Virus record (IMG/VR): IMGVR_UViG_3300042880_000509 | Strand: one strand, 5' to 3' | Source: a virus | Lineage: Duplodnaviria; Heunggongvirae; Uroviricota; Caudoviricetes | Length of the DNA stretch: 64,000 nt | Part shown: in pieces, positions 60,806 to 64,000 of the stretch | How the letters are laid out: each line of letters begins with the position of its first letter | How positions within the stretch are numbered: position 1 is the first letter of the stretch | Notes under the pieces: model-generated | Told to the model about the DNA's origin: nothing | What the model saw: only the letters and a program-made list of their open reading frames with translations | Databases searched by the model: none | Position numbers and translations under genes: made by a program

Positions 60806-61915
60806 ATGGCAAGTTTAGATAGATTTATTGAGTGGTTTCATTCCGGCTATGATGAAGATTTTGAAAAGGTTTTAAAAGTATTTAAAAGAACCAGAAATTT
60901 TTTAAAATTGGTTGCTAGTCGTAAAATGCAAGATAAGATTGATATTGGTTATATTCCAAATAGAGAATTTAAAAATGATCCGGAACTTTTTAATTACCTA
61001 GGTGAAAATGGGTTTTTAGACAATGTAAGTTATACAAATATTTATGAAGAACAAAAAAATTACTACCTACTTTGGTTAATTGAAAAGGATCAAACTGAGG
61101 GTTTAAAATTTATATGTGACAATATATTATCTGATGTTGAAATAAGGTCAGACGGTTACTGGTTAAAGTTAGCTGGAAGAGAAGAGCTTGCAGAATTTTT
61201 TAGAAGCTATAGTAGAGAGACAAGTCCGGAAGATATTGCAAAACAAGTTTTCAGTGAAGAAGGTTTAGATTATGGTAGGTTTTGGGACACATCAGATGAT
61301 GTCTATGTGGATGTCATTGAAACTCTTGATGGTGCAAATACGGAAATTCTTAAAAAATACATAATTAGACATATTGGAAACCAGGATTTAAACATTGAGA
61401 ATTATAGTGCTGATTTTTTTCATGAACTTATGAAATCTCAAGGAAGAGAAGATTTTTTTCAAATAACGGACAATGATGTAAAAAATTTAATTGATGATTC
61501 GGAAGCTATGAATGAATTACTTGATGGTGATTTATCTGAGTTGGAGGGTGAGTTATATTCTATTCATAGTAACGCATACAATGCTGCTTATGAATCCGAA
61601 GTATATGATCTTGTAATGGGAGGTCTTGGTGAGTATTTTTCATCTAGAATTAATGAGGTTGAAAAACAGATTGGTGAAAAAACAAGATATATTCCATATA
61701 TTAAAATAAGTGATTTTTACAATAATGTTATGACTTTTTTAAATGAATATAAAGGTTATACAGATACATTAGAATATTATGGTAATTATACTGAAATGAT
61801 GAAACAATTATTTAATGATGGTACATATGAACCTATTGATTTTAGAATCCCTGAATATGCTGACTGGAGTTTAATTGATAAGTACATAAATGAAATTTTT
61901 CCAGATTATATATAA
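60806..61915 (+). CDS. Hypothetical protein (369 aa)
   Basis: ORF. First gene of a plus-strand block. Confidence 0.55.
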   Translation: MASLDRFIEWFHSGYDEDFEKVLKVFKRTRNFLKLVASRKMQDKIDIGYIPNREFKNDPELFNYLGENGFLDNVSYTNIYEEQKNYYLLWLIEKDQTEGLKFICDNILSDVEIRSDGYWLKLAGREELAEFFRSYSRETSPEDIAKQVFSEEGLDYGRFWDTSDDVYVDVIETLDGANTEILKKYIIRHIGNQDLNIENYSADFFHELMKSQGREDFFQITDNDVKNLIDDSEAMNELLDGDLSELEGELYSIHSNAYNAAYESEVYDLVMGGLGEYFSSRINEVEKQIGEKTRYIPYIKISDFYNNVMTFLNEYKGYTDTLEYYGNYTEMMKQLFNDGTYEPIDFRIPEYADWSLIDKYINEIFPDYI

Positions 61916-62892
61916 TGAATTTAGATAATTTAATAACTGGTTTAAACCAAGGAGATAACAAGGCTGTTAATAGAATTAGGGATATGTTTGGTTCTCTAAC
62001 CAAGTTTGTTAAATATTATGTAAAAAAAAGAAAAAAATTAACGGAAATAAATCTTAACAGTTATTGGCAACAGTGTAATTCTGATGAAGAACGCTATTTT
62101 AACACACTTTGTTTAGATATATTAAATGAAGCTGGTCCAAGTTATTTTATTCATTATTTATCGGATGTTGTTTACGAAAATGAAACGTATTATGTTACAC
62201 CTTGGCATTTAAAAGATTTATCCTCTTTATTTTTAAGAAACGAATCGGAAATTGTTGATAGTGTTTTTGATAGTGACAATTACGAACATTTTAATATTGA
62301 ACCTAGATATATTAATTACTACTACGATATTGTAAACATTCTTAATGATAGGAACAAAAAATACTTAAAAGAAAGGATTTTAGAACTAACAGATGGTCAT
62401 AATTTTAGTGAGGATGATTTTGAGAACCCGCCTTATGATTATTTTGTTGAAAAGGAATATTTTAAAATTTCTGAAAATATTGACGATATATTAAAAATAA
62501 GTGATTTATTTAATGAAATTATGGAATTAGAACCTCTATTTAATATAAAACTTGAGATGGAAAATTTGTATAATTACGCATACAATGAATCCTGGGGTGA
62601 GGTTATGTTTAAAAGGATTTTTGATTCAATGTCTGATATTTTTTATCCTGATTTTACTTGGGAGGGTGACAAACCAAAAATTAGAATAGTTGACTTTCCA
62701 GGATTTTTAAGAACATTTTTTAATTGTGCAGACGAAGAAAATATAATAGATCAGTATGATTTTATATCATTTCTTTATACGATTATGGGTCTCGGTTGTA
62801 TTGAACGCCCAGATTTTAGAACCCTTGATTATCCCCCAACAGATAAAGTTGATGAGTATATCAACGATTTATTTATTGATTATCTCTCCTAA
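61915..62892 (+). CDS. Hypothetical protein (325 aa)
   Basis: ORF. Start overlaps the upstream stop (ATGA). Confidence 0.55.
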   Translation: MNLDNLITGLNQGDNKAVNRIRDMFGSLTKFVKYYVKKRKKLTEINLNSYWQQCNSDEERYFNTLCLDILNEAGPSYFIHYLSDVVYENETYYVTPWHLKDLSSLFLRNESEIVDSVFDSDNYEHFNIEPRYINYYYDIVNILNDRNKKYLKERILELTDGHNFSEDDFENPPYDYFVEKEYFKISENIDDILKISDLFNEIMELEPLFNIKLEMENLYNYAYNESWGEVMFKRIFDSMSDIFYPDFTWEGDKPKIRIVDFPGFLRTFFNCADEENIIDQYDFISFLYTIMGLGCIERPDFRTLDYPPTDKVDEYINDLFIDYLS

Positions 62893-62942
62893 CTATTTAA
62901 TTATTTAATTAAAACCTATATCCATTATAAAAAAAATGGAAT

Positions 62943-63638
62943 ATGAGAAAAATTAACAAAAATTCAAGAAGAGGTATTGTAAATTTACTTGCCGATTTTA
63001 TTCTTACAAGAATAGACAAAAAAGAAAACTCAATTATCCAGGTTACAGATTGTGAAGCTTTTATGGTTATTCATGGTCAAACAACATCAAAAGATGTTCT
63101 GGATCTGGATAAGATTAAAGCTGACTTCTTTGAGTGGTTCAAAGACATACTAGATGAGGTTGGAATTGAAAACATAAATACTATTGATATTATCAGATAC
63201 GATCAAGAAGTTAATAGTATTGAAAAAGGTTGGGTTAATGTAAATAAGGAGGTCTTTGTTGAGGAACTAGAACCGGTCCATGAGTTAAACGTATCTTCAG
63301 AATTTCCTTATGGGTATAGTTTAAATTGTGGTCGCTTAATGACATACTACTCACACTATGTTTTTAACCATATGTATAGTTTAATGGGTGTTGATAATGT
63401 AAAGTTTTATTTTACAAAGGAAGAAGATGAAAATGAAGATCTTAAAATAAAGATTGTTTCTGATTCCAAATATAATAAAGACATTATTAACTCTTTGGTT
63501 TTAGATGTATTTTCCTTTGATCTAGAAAACTTTAAAGACTATGTTAAGGATTATGACCTATTACAAGATATTCTCTTTCCTGGTAAAGATAAACCCTACA
63601 CAAAACAAGATAAGTTAGAACACGTAATAGTATTTTAA
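62943..63638 (+). CDS. Hypothetical protein (231 aa)
   Basis: ORF. Confidence 0.55.
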   Translation: MRKINKNSRRGIVNLLADFILTRIDKKENSIIQVTDCEAFMVIHGQTTSKDVLDLDKIKADFFEWFKDILDEVGIENINTIDIIRYDQEVNSIEKGWVNVNKEVFVEELEPVHELNVSSEFPYGYSLNCGRLMTYYSHYVFNHMYSLMGVDNVKFYFTKEEDENEDLKIKIVSDSKYNKDIINSLVLDVFSFDLENFKDYVKDYDLLQDILFPGKDKPYTKQDKLEHVIVF

Positions 63639-63698
63639 TAAAACCTCCGGTTTGGAATGTTTTTTTATCTTTTAATGTATTTATTAAAAAACGCATTA

Positions 63699-64000
63699 AT
63701 GAATAAAGATAGGTTTTTACAACTTTTAGAGTCTAAACTAGGTAATGTTAAGCCATTACTTAATGAAACCTATGTTAATTATGCCGGTCAAACACAAAAT
63801 GTTGGAACCGTTGACCCTTATGGTGGCATGGCTAAAGTTGACACAAAAAACGGTACAGTAACATTAAATATACGAGTTGATTTTGAAGCTCAAGAGGATG
63901 GGGGATGGCCAGAAATGAGATTATCTAAAGGAACAACTTTTAAAAAACAAAATAACGGCACACTAGTTAGCTCAAATCAAACATATCAACTTGTTTCTGA
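63699..64000 (+). CDS. Hypothetical protein, partial (continues past window end)
   Basis: ATG at 63699 (MNKDRFLQLLESKLGN...). Open to the window edge. Confidence 0.45.
   Translation, partial: MNKDRFLQLLESKLGNVKPLLNETYVNYAGQTQNVGTVDPYGGMAKVDTKNGTVTLNIRVDFEAQEDGGWPEMRLSKGTTFKKQNNGTLVSSNQTYQLVS

Noticed and set aside
1-64000. Interpreting the window as bacterial chromosome because it carries a histidine kinase, response regulator, TonB, SPFH, UvrC-like and thioesterase genes
   Set aside because: There are no ribosomal, tRNA-synthetase or core metabolic operons. There are over 100 mostly tiny overlapping genes. Phage hallmarks are present: T4-type long ThyA with an adjacent HNH homing endonuclease, GH19 endolysin, DUF3310, paired MTases, RNA ligase, paralog arrays and a shared virion-type leader. 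This argues for a large phage that has captured host-like genes.

Overview
This is a 64 kb, AT-rich (about 30% GC), densely coding window. About 110 genes are mostly on the minus strand, often with overlapping start and stop codons, and there are a few plus-strand islands. The content looks like an accessory region of a large bacteriophage rather than a bacterial chromosome. Supporting this are a T4-type long thymidylate synthase next to a freestanding HNH homing endonuclease, a GH19 endolysin, a truncated UvrC-like nuclease, two DNA methyltransferases, a tRNA-like element, many tiny ORFs, paralog arrays and hairpin/T-tract terminators. I did not recognise any capsid, portal, terminase, tail or DNA polymerase gene here. 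Host clues (a TonB C-terminal domain protein, lipobox lipoproteins, peptidoglycan enzymes) point to a Gram-negative host, possibly Bacteroidetes-like.

The most unusual signals are:
1. A conserved N-terminal leader, M-K-x-[IL]-[IL]-T-E-S-Q...[IL]-[KR]-[RK]-[IL]-L-K-E-E, shared by about 11 otherwise unrelated proteins. These include a GH24 lysozyme-containing giant protein, a DHH phosphoesterase, a peptidoglycan-binding hydrolase, an SGNH+SLT fusion, a SET-domain protein and a HEXXH protease. This suggests a virion-packaging or ejection signal on a set of injected enzymes.
2. A tandem array of five diverged, translationally coupled paralogs at 9034-12437.
3. A plus-strand operon encoding a two-PAS sensor histidine kinase, a stand-alone receiver, a coiled-coil/TM protein and the endolysin. 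I propose this as a candidate signal-regulated lysis cassette.
4. A scattered RNA-repair toolkit: an Rnl2-like RNA ligase with an N-terminal tRNA-binding OB domain flanked by two methyltransferases, plus a P-loop kinase, metallophosphoesterases and HAD phosphatases.
5. Two families of near-identical intergenic repeats (59 nt x2 and 30 nt x2) that share the decamer AAATGGGTGT.

No rRNA and no CRISPR array were found. Every functional assignment below comes from motif recognition by eye and needs a search to confirm.
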